A stretch of DNA of 48,207 nt, from the NCBI GenBank assembly GCA_018398765.1, contig JAHBMJ010000496.1, positions 1-48,207 on the forward strand, written 5' to 3'. This stretch comes from Chromera velia. Its lineage: Eukaryota. The notes below the pieces were generated by a model. The model saw nothing but the letters and a program-made list of their open reading frames with translations, did no database searches and had not been told where the DNA came from. The stretch's first letter is position 1, and the number at the start of each line of letters is the position of its first letter. The position numbers and the translations under genes are program-made. Shown piece after piece: positions 21,416 through 32,573 of this stretch.

Positions 21416-24365
21416 CTTATAGACGCGTTTCCTCCAGTGGTGGACTTACATCTTTCGCCCTCCGTGTGCAGCCTCTCGAGACTCCCCACGCCCCACCAGA
21501 GGTCGACTGGGACGCTTCTTCTTCCGCAGGTGCGTCCCCCAATAGATGCGTTTATCGCCTTTTTGGTTTTCTGTCTGCAAAGCCACGCAGTTCTCTCATT
21601 TCTCCTTTCCCGGTTCGACTCAAGGCTGCAGTCCCCTTTTTTCGGAGTGTCACCCTCTGAGAAAGAAGCGTCATCCGGCTGTCACCACCATTTGAAGGTG
21701 AAAGCAGGGAGCTAGTGACAGTGGTAACAATTGTGACACCTTTTTCTAAAACTTCTCTTTTCTATACAGCCCCCTCTTATTTTTCTCTACATACTTTTTT
21801 AAAAAAGGTGTCATTAGTGTCACCACTGTCACCGGTGAGGTGCTTTCACCTTCTTGGATGGGTGACACTTCGGTTCAAAGACTGTCACCAGCGATTGGAA
21901 GTGTCACCTCTCTCTCTTGCCTGTCTGTCTGGCCTCTTTTTCAGGCTTGAGACTTCAAGCTTCTTTCTTATTTCTCTTTGGTCTGCCTCTCTAACGGTGT
22001 TGCGGTAGGAACACTCCCTTCCTTCTCCCCCCCTCCTTCTCCCTACTTCTCCTTCTCTTCCTACTCTCTCCCCCCTGCTTCCCGCCACCCGACCTTCTTG
22101 TCCTGTTGCGATCCGACCTGGACTGTTCATGCCCCCCCTTCTTCCGTTCTCTGTAGCCCTGGGCTCTCTTCTGTTCTGTCTGGTCCCTTTTCACTTTTTC
22201 TCTTCTACCCACTAGTGCCTCTTTTACGTCCTCTTTCCTTTTTTCCCCACCCTTTTACCTGCCTCCAGCGGTGCCGGTTTCTCACACCTTCTCCTTGGGG
22301 GGAACGTGCAGTTCCATTCTTTTTCTCCTTCCGAGTCCCTCACTTCTTTCTCAGCTCGTGTTGACTTTGTTTTGTATCCTTGATACAGGCCGATGGGAAC
22401 GTCTTGGAGAGACCTTTGCCCTCCAGAACATGAGGCCGAAGGACGACGTCTGCCCCCACCTGTTTGCAACCTTACGACAAGAGGTGAGCCAAGCATACCA
22501 GCAGGGGTCTCAACCGCTTTTCTGTCCCATCTTTTGTTCGTATGTCTCTGCCCCCCCCTTACGTTTCTCTATCCTTTTTCCCGCCCTGGTACCCTGCGTG
22601 CAGCCTCTAGAAATCTCTGTCGCTCTCTTGGATGGCCGCGCAAGTCCTGCAGGTGGGTCTGTAGGCAAGCTGTCCCGCCTCCTTCGGCTCTCCCGTTTTT
22701 GTTCTCCCTCCTTTCGCTCTCCTGTCGTCTTGTCTGTCCGTCCGTCTGTCCTCCCTGTCCTGCTTTCCACTTTCATGAGCTTGTGTACCCATGTGCTGGC
22801 CGTCTCTTCCCGCGTTCCTGCTCCAAACCGCTTTTCTTTCCCTCCTGGCTCTTTGCAGGTCCCTGCGGGCGTCTTGATAGAAACCCTGTGGGGAGGAAGG
22901 TGGCCGAGTCGAGCCAGGGTGCAGCCCAAGAGCTTTTCCAAGCGGTGAGTAGAGCATGCCTGCGCTGGTGGTCTCAGGATCTATTGACTGCGCAGTTTGG
23001 TTCCAAGCAAGACCTTCGCCATTGTGTATATGTGTGCAGGCTTTCTACACCTCCAGTCTGCTGCCAGATGAGCGGGACCCTGCCAGAGGCAGTTCAATTC
23101 CTCCCAGAGGTGCGTCTGTCTTCCTTCATTTTTTTATGTGTCTGGGTAGTCTGCTCACTTGTGTTACACCGCCTGATGCCTTTGTGTTGCTTGTCGTGCT
23201 CTGCTGGCTGGCTAGGCTGTATGGTCATCCGGTTTCGATCTTCTCCTGCCCGTAAGTACAGAGATGCCTTTTCCTTCCATCTTCTCCCAGAAAGAACCGA
23301 CCTTTTATCCCGAAATCAATTCCAAACGACCAAAACGAACTGCTTGAATAGCCCATGTTGCCCTCACTTCACCTAGAGTGGGCACACCTATCTCGTTTGC
23401 ATGTCCCGAGTCCCCAGTCTGATCGACAGCGGGCTATAGGGCAGCACTTCTAGATAGAACCCTAGTACCGTGTATGTTTATGCTGTAATTGAAGATGATA
23501 TAATATAGGTTTTAATAGGTTCTAACACTGTTTTTTGCTTTTCCAGACTCGTTAGTGTAAGGTTCTTTCATATTTTCAAAGGTTCTTTAAAGAAGAATCA
23601 AGTCTACGTTGCATCAAAGTGGTGTCTCCATCATTTGGTTCTTACTCTCTAGAGAAACTGCTAAAACCTGGGTTCTAGGAACCTAGACAAAAACCTGTAA
23701 GAACCATGAAAACCCCCCCCCCTAAAGCTTCAAAAAGACTAAAAACCTAATTTAGATGATTAAAATGATCTAAACAAATAAGACAGATGCTTATATATGC
23801 CAAAATTGACCGTCAAAATCATAAAACTCAGCTGTCAACTCGCTTTTTCTTCTCAGAGTCTTCAAACAGATTTACAAGATGAACAAGCTCTTCATCTTTC
23901 ATGAAGAGTCTGACGGTTTCATTTATTTTATGTGCATGTTAAATATAAAAGAACACAGAAGAAAGGAGGACGTTATCGATGCAAATCTTTTTGGGCTTCC
24001 TGTTTTAGCCTAACTGCCAAAGGAGAGAGAATTTCAAAGCATGCATGTTGCTAGCGTATGTTGGCTAAGTTGGTCGAAGCCTCGTCGGACTTAGGATATG
24101 TATGCACAGCAATCTCTGCCAGTCCGATATAGTTCATCTAGGTCCCTTTCTTCATCTTCAATATGTGTAATCGCTCGCAACCCTGAGGGCTCAAAAGCTT
24201 TCTTCTTATCATTCTATAGAGAAAAAGCAGAAATGTGTAGCCCACATAGAGAGCAACGTAACGGTTGACACTTTCATGAAGCACATCAAAGCAAAGAGCG
24301 GTTGTCACGCATTAAACAGTGATACCATTACTATTCAAGAAAATGGTTTCAAAGCTTAATTCAGT

Positions 24366-24491
24366 TAGAAAAGAGCCAACCTCGCATAACAGATTTCTTG
24401 TTGGAGTCTTGATAAATTTTGGAACCCTCTAGAAGAGCCAACCTCACACAACAGATTTCTTGTTGGAGTCTTGATAAATCTTAGAACCCTC
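24366..24491. repeat. Two-copy ~62-bp tandem repeat in an AT-rich, GAACC/GGTTC-rich block
   Basis: aagagccaacctc(g/a)ca(t/c)aacagatttcttgttggagtcttgataaat occurs twice. Confidence 0.8.
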
Positions 24492-24848
24492 TTTTTCCTT
24501 TTTCAATCTTTACTATCTGGAACCTTCTTTGTCCCTCTACCTCTCACAATCCTTTTCCAACGTTTTTCAGTCGGATTGGTGGACAAACTTTTGAATATTT
24601 TCATCGTGTTTAATGTTTCATAACTGGTTTTGGACAGGTTCTTTGGGATTCTTGGAGGGTCAGACTGAGAAGGCTAGAACCTAGATTCTAGGAACCTAAG
24701 AACCTAGAGGTGGAGACGTATAATTTTTAAGCTCGAACCGAGTAAGAACCTTCAATCAATACTCTAAAAGTATCATTTTTTTGTTTTTTAGAACTTCTTT
24801 TGCTGATAAAATAAGTGTGGAGTTCATTTTAAATGTTTTAGAGCTTAG

Positions 24849-25565
24849 ATTGCTACTGCAAAGTCGTTCGACGACCACCTCTATATTTCAGAGTGCCTCC
24901 CCATAGACAGCGGGGCCGATGTTTCGTTGCTGCACTCAAAAAGAATAGAAAACCCGGATCTTTCTCTCTCTTTTGTACCTATTCACATCACTAGTGAGGG
25001 AGAGAAATCACTGGAAAGCGAAGGGTGTGCGTTTTTGTTCGTTTTCATTCAAGGCGAGATGAAAAAGCATCACTTCTTTGTGACTCCTTCCATCCGACAC
25101 GATACAATCATTGGACGTAACTTCTTCGTCAAACATGCCATCTCTCTAAATTTTAGCCCAGATGTTCTCCTTTTTAAGGGAAGGGAGAATGGGATAACGA
25201 TCAATGTGTCTCTCTTTCTGATGGTTGCCCCCTACAAAGAAAAACAATATAGCTCTTCTCCTTTGTTTCTATCCAGATCTGGATTTCTCCTTCCCCAAAC
25301 TGTCTCTGCTGTAGAAATACGGCTGGCCGATGACTCATCCATTCCCAATGGGGCAGTTGTGCACGTCGAACCGAAGTCGTTGGACACGAAGGGGGAGATG
25401 CATATACTTGCGGGACTGCAAATACAAGATACAGTGGCAAGGGTGGATGAAAGAAAGATCCTACTGCCCATTATGAACTACTCCTCTCAACCGACCTCTC
25501 TTCCTCTTCATTTCTCCCTTGCTTATGCTACACTCTTGCTGTTGCGTTTGTTGGAATGTATATGA
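24849..25565 (+). mobile_element. LTR retrotransposon (Ty3/gypsy-like) aspartic protease remnant plus downstream spacer region
   Basis: Frame upstream of ORF 24927 reads LPIDSGADVSLL (retropepsin D-S-G motif); later DTIIGRNFF (ILG-x-D/N-F motif). No RT, integrase or LTR seen. Confidence 0.75.
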
Positions 25566-26144
25566 ATGTATATATCTTTCTTGCTGAAATATTGTTTGGC
25601 ACTAGGTTTGGCAGCGGTGAGTGGCGGCGACATGCGGCGACGACGCTCAAACGCTCGGCTAAAGGCTCTGCAGGAGCCGCCACGCCTTCCATGCATGCCC
25701 AGCCACGTACGCGATCCCAGTGCAATTGTTTTTAAGTGCCCGCCAGAGCTTCGCTTTCCGGGCCATGTTCAATGATGTTCAATCATTGTTCAATCATCAT
25801 AACTTCAATGATTTCAATCTTGCTGCTTGGTGTTGCAAGTGTCAAGTCTCAAGCACCATTGACAAGTTCGACGACAACCTGTATGTAAGCTTCAATTGCT
25901 CTTGGGTAGCCTTCACTACACAACACCGTCTTTCACTCAAAGGTGCCGAGCAACGTAGACACCATCCTTCTTTCATGTGTCAGACTGAGTGCAACTGACT
26001 GGTCAGAGGTTGATTTGTGTTTTTCCCTTTACAGAACAAGAATAGAGCAAACTTTACCCTCTCTGCTGAGCCAGAAGGGGGAGTTGTTCTCGGCAGTTCT
26101 CCTGTGAAACCTGTTGTCCTATACCTGTTTCTTAGCAAGATTGA

Positions 26145-27635
26145 ATGCTCTCTTTAGAGGGTTTTCTCTTTCGTGTGCTCGCCTGGGTGCTCGGAGTGCC
26201 TCCAGATGTGCAAAGGTTCTTCGAGAGACGGCAGAACCCTGTCGATACTTCTCTCGAGTGGGCACAGAGGCAGAGACGCAGACAGAAGTACCGTCTCCCT
26301 CAGAATGCTGAGGAGACGCACAGACGCACGGCACTGTGCCACTACAGCATATTCCCAGATGTCGATATGTGCAGACAGCTCTTGAGAGAAGGGGCAGATT
26401 CGAATGAGCTTGGATGTAAGGGAGAGGACGATGGATGGGCTCCCATTCATTGTGCAGCCTCTCACGGGAATGCTGAGATCCTTCTTGTCCTTTTGGAAGG
26501 AGGCGCCTTGGTGAATTTGCGAACCTCTGTACAGCAACAGACGGCACTTCACTGTGCTGCTCTCTCTTTGAACAGAGATTGTGTGCTCTGTCTTTTGGCA
26601 TTCGGGGCAGATCCCCGACTAAGAGATGTCGATGGACACTCACCCCTCGACTTTGCCCTTGCAGTTCAGGAGGGGGAAGGGGCGGATAGTGAGGGTCTCG
26701 TGCCCGTCTCCTCTCTACTCCGTCTGAGTCTCAAAGCCCGTATGCCCACCCCAGAAACGAGCCTTCTCCTCCCGTCTGTAGGTGGCATGATGTCAGAAGA
26801 TGTACAGAGAGAGGGGGACAAGGATGCAGGAGAAACGGAGTTTGGTGAAGGGGAAGAGGTGAAGAAGGTGAGACAGGCAGTCGGCCCCCTCGTGAGATCC
26901 GAAGATCTGCACAGAGAAGGGACCGCCACACCAACAGACGCACATGACGGCCCTTCCCTGTCTGTCAACTGTGACTACACGATAGCTGAAGGTCTCACAG
27001 CCCCCCCCTCCTCCCGCCACCCCGACTCTATGGGGTTTCCCTTCTGTGGGACCTTGACGGCCTCATCTTCACGTCCGCTGTCCGGGATTCCTCGGCCCTT
27101 AGAGCCACAGCGCCTTGAGTCAAACTCCTCTGCTGCAAAGCTGTGGGGGCAGACGAACACTGCCTCAGCAGCCTTTGCCCGTCCTGCCTGTTGCCTCTCT
27201 TGGAAAACAACCGGTTTGGTTGGAGGGGAGGCAGGCATTCAAGCGACATCTTGTCAGTGTGACTTCTGTCTGCCCTCGTGTGCATCTGTTTCCGATTCTG
27301 CAATGTCCCCAGTGTCAACAGAGAGACCACAGCAAACGCGCAAGACGAGCGAAACGCACCCACAGGGTTCTTGTGTAGAGCCCCCCCATTCAGCATACTC
27401 CCCCCCTCTCAGTGATGGCGGTGCAGAGAGATGTTTCTATGAAAACATTTCCCCCGTGGACTTTTTGCCCTCTCCTGTAGAGAGGGAGACTTTCTCGGAG
27501 GGGAAAGGGGGGGGGGCAGGGTTTTTTGCAAATGCTTCTTCTGTGCAAGGAGCAGTTGAAGGGAATGGCGACGGGGAGAGCGGGGAGGAAGATGAGAAGG
27601 AGACGGTACTGCATCAATGTGCGCTTCCTGACTGA
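26145..27635 (+). CDS. Ankyrin-repeat protein with long disordered C-terminus
   Basis: DGWAPIHCAASHGNAEILLVLLEGGALVN, QTALHCAA...CLLAFGADP, DGHSPLDFA. An upstream exon is possible (ttttccctttacag at ~26033). Confidence 0.85.
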   Translation: MLSLEGFLFRVLAWVLGVPPDVQRFFERRQNPVDTSLEWAQRQRRRQKYRLPQNAEETHRRTALCHYSIFPDVDMCRQLLREGADSNELGCKGEDDGWAPIHCAASHGNAEILLVLLEGGALVNLRTSVQQQTALHCAALSLNRDCVLCLLAFGADPRLRDVDGHSPLDFALAVQEGEGADSEGLVPVSSLLRLSLKARMPTPETSLLLPSVGGMMSEDVQREGDKDAGETEFGEGEEVKKVRQAVGPLVRSEDLHREGTATPTDAHDGPSLSVNCDYTIAEGLTAPPSSRHPDSMGFPFCGTLTASSSRPLSGIPRPLEPQRLESNSSAAKLWGQTNTASAAFARPACCLSWKTTGLVGGEAGIQATSCQCDFCLPSCASVSDSAMSPVSTERPQQTRKTSETHPQGSCVEPPHSAYSPPLSDGGAERCFYENISPVDFLPSPVERETFSEGKGGGAGFFANASSVQGAVEGNGDGESGEEDEKETVLHQCALPD

Positions 27636-27845
27636 GTGTTAATGTTTGTAATAAAGAATAGGAGGTCGGGAAAAAACGGTGGGAAACGGTTGGGAATGGT
27701 CTAACGAAACTTGATACGATTTTTTCAGGTGCATGTGCGGTAAAGGGGATTGAGGCTCGTGGGGCGCTTCTTTGTACGTTTTTCCTCCGTCCTGGCAGAG
27801 ACCAAAGCACTGTGTGCGACTATACCGGCCTATATGTCACTATGA

Positions 27846-28087
27846 CTAGGCGACGCACAGTGGTAAAAAAAAAAAAAAGAATAGACATGTCAAGATTTTT
27901 TTTTTCTTTTTTTTTTTTTTAGTCTGGTGGTCAAAGGTCCAAGCAAACTTAGCAAAGGTAGGTTTTTTAGTTAGATGTGTTTTTGTTATATGTTCGGCAC
28001 TTCCAATAAAATAATAGAAAAAAAAAAAAAAGATTAGGCTTCTCCAAATTTTTTTTTTCTTTTTTTTTATCACTGTGCGTCGACTAG
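27846..28087. mobile_element. 242-bp MITE with 8-bp TSD (CACTATGA) and TIRs containing CACAGTG
   Basis: Left ctaggcgacgcacagtggtaaaaaaaaaa; right ttttttttatcactgtgcgtcgactag; cactatga at 27838-27845 and 28088-28095. Confidence 0.88.
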
Positions 28088-28832
28088 CACTATGACCTCC
28101 TTCCTGCGGGCACCCCTGTTCTCGCCCACTAGTTTTTCAGACATCTGCCTTTTCTCGAACTCGCGACTACATCGTGCTCACTCTCCTCTTCAATCATAAT
28201 AGTTTTAACATATGCTAGCTAGTCTCGGTTTGAGGCCTTTATGCTTGAAAACGGACTTTTATGCTGAAGATGATGATGATGATGATAGATCGATAGAAGA
28301 AGACTTAACCCCTAGCCCCTGTTGGGCTTGGGTGGTCCGTTCATTCATGCATTCATGCATAGGGTGTATGATGATGATTGAGGGTTAAATCCTAGATTTA
28401 GCGACGCCAAATCCCGACCTTTATAACATTAAATATTATCACGGATGATTTCAAAAACTGCGTAGAGCGACATGCATATAAAGCGACACTAAAAATCATT
28501 ATCACAAAAAAATTTTCATATTATTATAAATTATTAAATACTATTAAAATATATTATCTCACAAATAGCTATGAATAACTGCTAGTGGTGATAGCGGCAT
28601 GGATGAGGTTTGAGATGATAGCGGTATGGATGTCTTTACATGAATGTGAACTACCAAATCAATTAAAATATATTTGTTAGGATCTCCGCTGAATTGTATA
28701 ACAGTAATATAAATTTTACAATTAATCATTTGATTTCTGATTCCGTCTCAAATATTCACATCAATGTACACAAAGTATGATTATAGTAATAAATATAAAA
28801 TTATTAGTATACAGCTCTGCGTTGATCTTGTG

Positions 28833-29341
28833 TTAGCTCATCGAACATACCGATGGATAATGAATGCCTAGATGAATACGCAAGGTTTGTTGGGTTATAA
28901 AAACGTCGATCTCTTTCTTCCACTCTCCAAACTTCTTCTTTCGGTCTTCGACATCTACTTGGGGGGGCAAACCTCTTTTCTTTCTCTTCTCCTCTTCTCT
29001 CTCATGGGCTTCTATGTCTTTATCGATGTACTCTTGTAACCCCAACTCCAGGGCTTGCTCACAGAGGTCAGGATTTTCCTCAAACCTGAATCGTGCTCCC
29101 TCAAACAACAGCTCTGCAATCCGACTATCCTTCAGCGCCGAGTACTCAAGGGTGAGCACGTGGCCTTGATGGATTGTCTCTGATGAAAGTGCGGAGTCTT
29201 TGAGGTGTTTCTTGCAGGGGCAGTCTTCAGGGTGGGCACAGACAGACAGACAGAGAGACAGACAGAAAGAAAGAAAGAAAGAAAGAAAAGAAAGAAAGAA
29301 AGAAAGAAAGAAAGAAAAGAAAGAAAGAAAGAAAGAAAGAA

Positions 29342-29405
<64 letters not shown>

Positions 29406-30104
29406 GAGCCACAGCATAGACAGACTATATGGTTTCTTTCCAGACAGACTATATGTTTCTTCCAGACAGACAGACTATATGTTTCTTCTTCTCCCTTGAC
29501 AGACAGGCAAGACAGACAGACAGACAGATAGACAAGCAGGTTAAAGGACAACGAAGATTTCTGACTGTGGTTGCCTGTCCTTCTGTCTTTCAGCCATTCT
29601 GGCAGAGTCACAGGGAAGAGATGCTTGCTCATTCCTCCCGTGAGAAAATGGCCTCCGTCTCCCAGTCTACCTCTTTCTCCTTGCAACCCCAGTCTCTGCA
29701 GACTCAAAGGAACTAGCTGGTACGGAAATGAAAGTGTTCCTCTTCTCATCCCTTCAGTCATGGAAGGATATTCGCGTAGCTCGGCAGTTTTCCAGTTTGC
29801 CCCTGTACTTGTTCGGCCCGTTAACGTCGTACCCCGCCACGGCGATGGGGGGAAGCTTGACCTGGCCTTTCTCATAGACCATCAGGCCCATCCTGATGGC
29901 CCTCTTGAACCGTTTTCTGATCGGCAGGCGTTGCACTGCTTGGAATATGACAGACTTGGATTTCTTGTGGAAGTCGCACCGCTGGTTCAGGATTGAAGGC
30001 GAGAGGGGGACCGCAGACATGGAAAGCGGATCAGTGCAGGCTCGGAGTGAAGAAGAAAAAGGGGTACTCAGAAGTGAAATCCCATGACGAATCGAAGAGA
30101 ACAT
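28833..30104 (-). pseudogene. Second Penelope-like element fragment (region N-terminal to the RT core), split by a microsatellite block
   Basis: CPCKKH...GHVLTLEYSALKDSRIAELLFEGARFR...FGEWKKEI resembles the CxC..GHVxT..L..G.KYR..EWK region recalled for PLE ORFs. The EWK also aligns with LQEWKETF at 2177-2200 in the first PLE. Confidence 0.6.
29236..29532. repeat. (GAAA)n and (CAGA)n microsatellite block
   Basis: Directly visible; source of the FLSF/ERKK ORFs. Confidence 0.95.
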
Positions 30105-30750
30105 TGCGCCCTCTCCTTATTTGAATGAGTACGCAGCCCCCACCTTTCCCTTTTCCCCTCTCTACAGGTCAACCAGCTTGAGCTGAAAGAACAATGAGCC
30201 CGCCGGAGGAGACAGCCAAAGCCCACTTTCGAGGGTGGACAGGGCCAGAACAAGTCAAGCCACTTATTACGACATGTGGCTTCTCACAACTTAATTATAT
30301 ATGGAAACCTTCGCTGATGGCATCGATTGCCGGCACACATCCTCAGTACTGCGTTGTAGACGGAGAATCTTTGAGCATCTTTGAGTCTAAGTTTGAGCTA
30401 TGTTTGAGCTAGATTCTTTGAGCCGTCTACGTGCATGTGACCCGTGGACCGGCGGCGCCGCGGCGGCGGGCGGCCCTGGGCGGCGGCGCCGCGTACGTAC
30501 GTACGTATATATATATATATATATACATATACACAATTAACGCGCATGCATGCAGCGGCGCGCCGTTCGGGCCCAGTATATGCGCGCCGCCGCGGCGAGC
30601 CGCAATCTCGCTACACTGCAACAGATCACTCTCCATCTTTCCCTTGATTCCCTCCTCTGAGCCTGCTCGGAGGATCACACTGATCTGCAAGCAAGCAGAG
30701 ACCTGCATTCTGACAAGTTCCTACTGGATCACGAGAAGAGCACCGGGATC

Positions 30751-32513
30751 ATGGCTGACGACGGCAGAACTGAGCAGTTGGTGGCTGTGGAAGAGGGTAC
30801 AGTCTCTTCCCAGTCAGGTGTTGTTCACCGAGTGAGGGGCTTCTTTGGTTTCGGGGCCTCCTCTGGGAGTCAGGACGGGAGACGGCGACTCTTCTCACGA
30901 CTTGTTCTTCTCTGTGCGGTGCTTATCACCGTGTGTGCACTCGTGTTCCTCGGAGTAGTCGTTTCAAGAAGCCTTGGTGAGTCAGTAAGCAATTTGGTAG
31001 GTCAGTCGTTTTGTCCTTGTCAGACCCCTCCTTCCTATGCACCCCCTCGCGCAAGTTAGGTGCCTCTCCCCATCTCCATTATGATACACACCTGATATCG
31101 TGCATCATATCAGCAATACACCCTCTTTTTCTCTTTTGTTCCTGTGCCTCAGGTTCACCTCGCAACTCCCCTGTAGACGGAGAGAAGCCCGTACCTCAGC
31201 CGCCCTTCCCAGACAACCCTGATGATCAGAAGAAGCCAGACAAGCCTGAGACAGACACAGGAGACGAAGAGAAACCCGAAGACGAGACGGGAGAGGGAGG
31301 AACAGGAGGAGGAAAGGATCAGGGAGAAGGGGGAGATGATCAGAAGAAGCCTGTCACTCCCACAGGTGCTGGGAACATTCGTCACGGCATCTCGTGGAAC
31401 CCTCTCTTGAAGGACGACAGCGGACCGGAGAAACTCAGGTCGGTGTGGTTACATAGAGGGGGGAGGGCAGGGCAGTGCAGGGCTGAGCCGAGTCCGTCTC
31501 TGGAGAGTTTTCAGGTGCGGTTTATTTTCTTTCCTTGTGCGGAGCGGGGGTTGACCAGAGAGAGAAAGCTGTCACAGAAAATTGATTCCTTCTTTACACG
31601 CAGTCTCCCACCTGTTCAGACACATCCCTCCCTTTTGCACCTGCTGGCGAGGGGGCGTTGTGTATGTGTGCGTGCGTGTGTGTGCGTATGTGTGTATGCA
31701 TGTTTGTACTTGGAGGCGTTTTCTACCTTTCTGTTCTCCCTTTTTGGCATACTGTGTGGGGTAACAACAACAGCACTTGTGGCTTGTGGATCGTTTTCTT
31801 GTATTTGTGTTTCTTCAATAAACGGATCATCCGACCATGCAGGTGGGACGACGTTGGCACTGTTGGTGGTGCTGCGTGGTGGGCCTCTCCTCCGGACGGG
31901 AGGGCAGATTTGGACACTGCAAGGAGACTGGGGGCAGGATCGGTGGGTGGGTAGGGGGGGGGACTGTCACAAAAAGGGCAGTGAGGGTGTGTGACTACTT
32001 TCATGGTCTGTTTCTGTTTATGCACTTTGAATGCACAGAGAGGGGAAGACAAAAAATTTGTCGGAGAAGAGTTTCACACCCACTTCCCTCCACTTCCCCC
32101 TTCTTCTGCTTTGCTGACTTCCTGTTCTTTTTTTAGACTTTAATGATCCTTCAAGCTGCACATTTCCAGAGGAGTGTAAGAGTAAGCTTCTTTGCTTTTG
32201 TGAGTGCAAGAACACAACAGGTACACGCTGTCATCAGAAGATCTCCTCGAAAGAAAAATATTTGTGTGTGTGTGTGTGTGTGCAGATCCGCGTTTACGGA
32301 CTGGCACCAATGGACGACCACCGTCCTTTTCTGGAGACTGTTGTGAACTCTGGTCTTTCTCTGTTCGCGGGCTCTTCCGATTTCCCCCTCATGCAACAAC
32401 CCGGGTCCTGCCTGGAGAAACCCGAGGGCTGCTTTGGTATAATGAAGGGATACTTCAGTGGGCTGCTGTCAGATCAAACGGGATTCATCGTCAGTCGTGT
32501 TTGTGTTTGTGAT

Positions 32514-32573
<60 letters not shown>

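Noticed and set aside
21978..23376. ORFs of 225 and 327 aa
   Set aside because: Low-complexity pyrimidine-rich sequence open in several frames, with no recognisable motif.
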